DNA of 60,525 bases from Oculatellaceae cyanobacterium bins.114 (GTDB lineage: Bacteria; Cyanobacteriota; Cyanobacteriia; Elainellales; Elainellaceae): NCBI GenBank assembly GCA_033764315.1, contig JANRJA010000049.1, positions 1-60,525 of the forward strand, given 5' to 3'. Of the stretch, positions 60,391 through 60,525 are shown one piece after another. The translations under genes and the position numbers were made by a program. Below the pieces are notes generated by a model. It had not been told where the DNA came from, did not search any database, and worked only from the letters and a program-made list of their open reading frames with translations. Position 1 is the first letter of the stretch, and each line of letters starts with the position of its first letter.

Positions 60391-60525
60391 AGAGTCCATT
60401 TGACATCTTTATAATGGAGGGTGAAAGCATCTACCCCCTTGACTTCAGTTGCTATGGCATATTCCAGCAGTCTCACCGATGCAGAATGGGAAATTCTTGA
60501 ACCCCTGTTGCCTCAGATATTACCG
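60391..60525 (+). mobile_element. Left end of an IS5-family insertion sequence; transposase starts at 60454 and runs off the window
   Basis: MAYSSSLTDAEWEILEPLLP is the typical IS5/DUF4096 N-terminus; candidate left inverted repeat GAGTCCATTTGACATC at about 60392. Confidence 0.8.

Noticed and set aside
1..60525. tRNA, rRNA, integrase or prophage genes
   Set aside because: None recognised by eye; a tRNAscan/Rfam run would be needed to exclude them fully

Overview
Cyanobacterial chromosome segment. The HIP1 octamer GCGATCGC is frequent and psaD, psb28 and nblB are present; the lineage is probably a filamentous Leptolyngbya/Oculatella-like one (inference). Recognisable content: a complete guanidine-utilisation locus (NtcA-type promoter, guanidine-I riboswitch, guanidine hydrolase GdmH, HypA/HypB-like Ni chaperones and an ABC importer whose ATPase has E->G after Walker B), mltA, a MalK-like ATPase, a HetZ-related protein, two Ser/Thr kinases, a BCP peroxiredoxin, an epimerase/DUF1611 pair, a PIN toxin-antitoxin pair, trpE with an LD-carboxypeptidase, iscA, a MoxR/DUF58/DUF4350/DUF4129/RDD cluster, era, and the left end of an IS5-family element. 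The ORF track misses an integron attC-like site fused to the stop codon of an orphan gene with a ~40-bp palindromic repeat array upstream, xisI/xisH and Uma2 remnants, and several MITE-like families, two with 8-bp target duplications and some nested. The best candidates for undescribed systems are the attC-like cassette, a CHASE2 kinase/FecR-(GN)n/outer-membrane barrel trio, and a radical SAM plus duplicated membrane protein operon. All family assignments come from motif recognition by eye; no searches were run.
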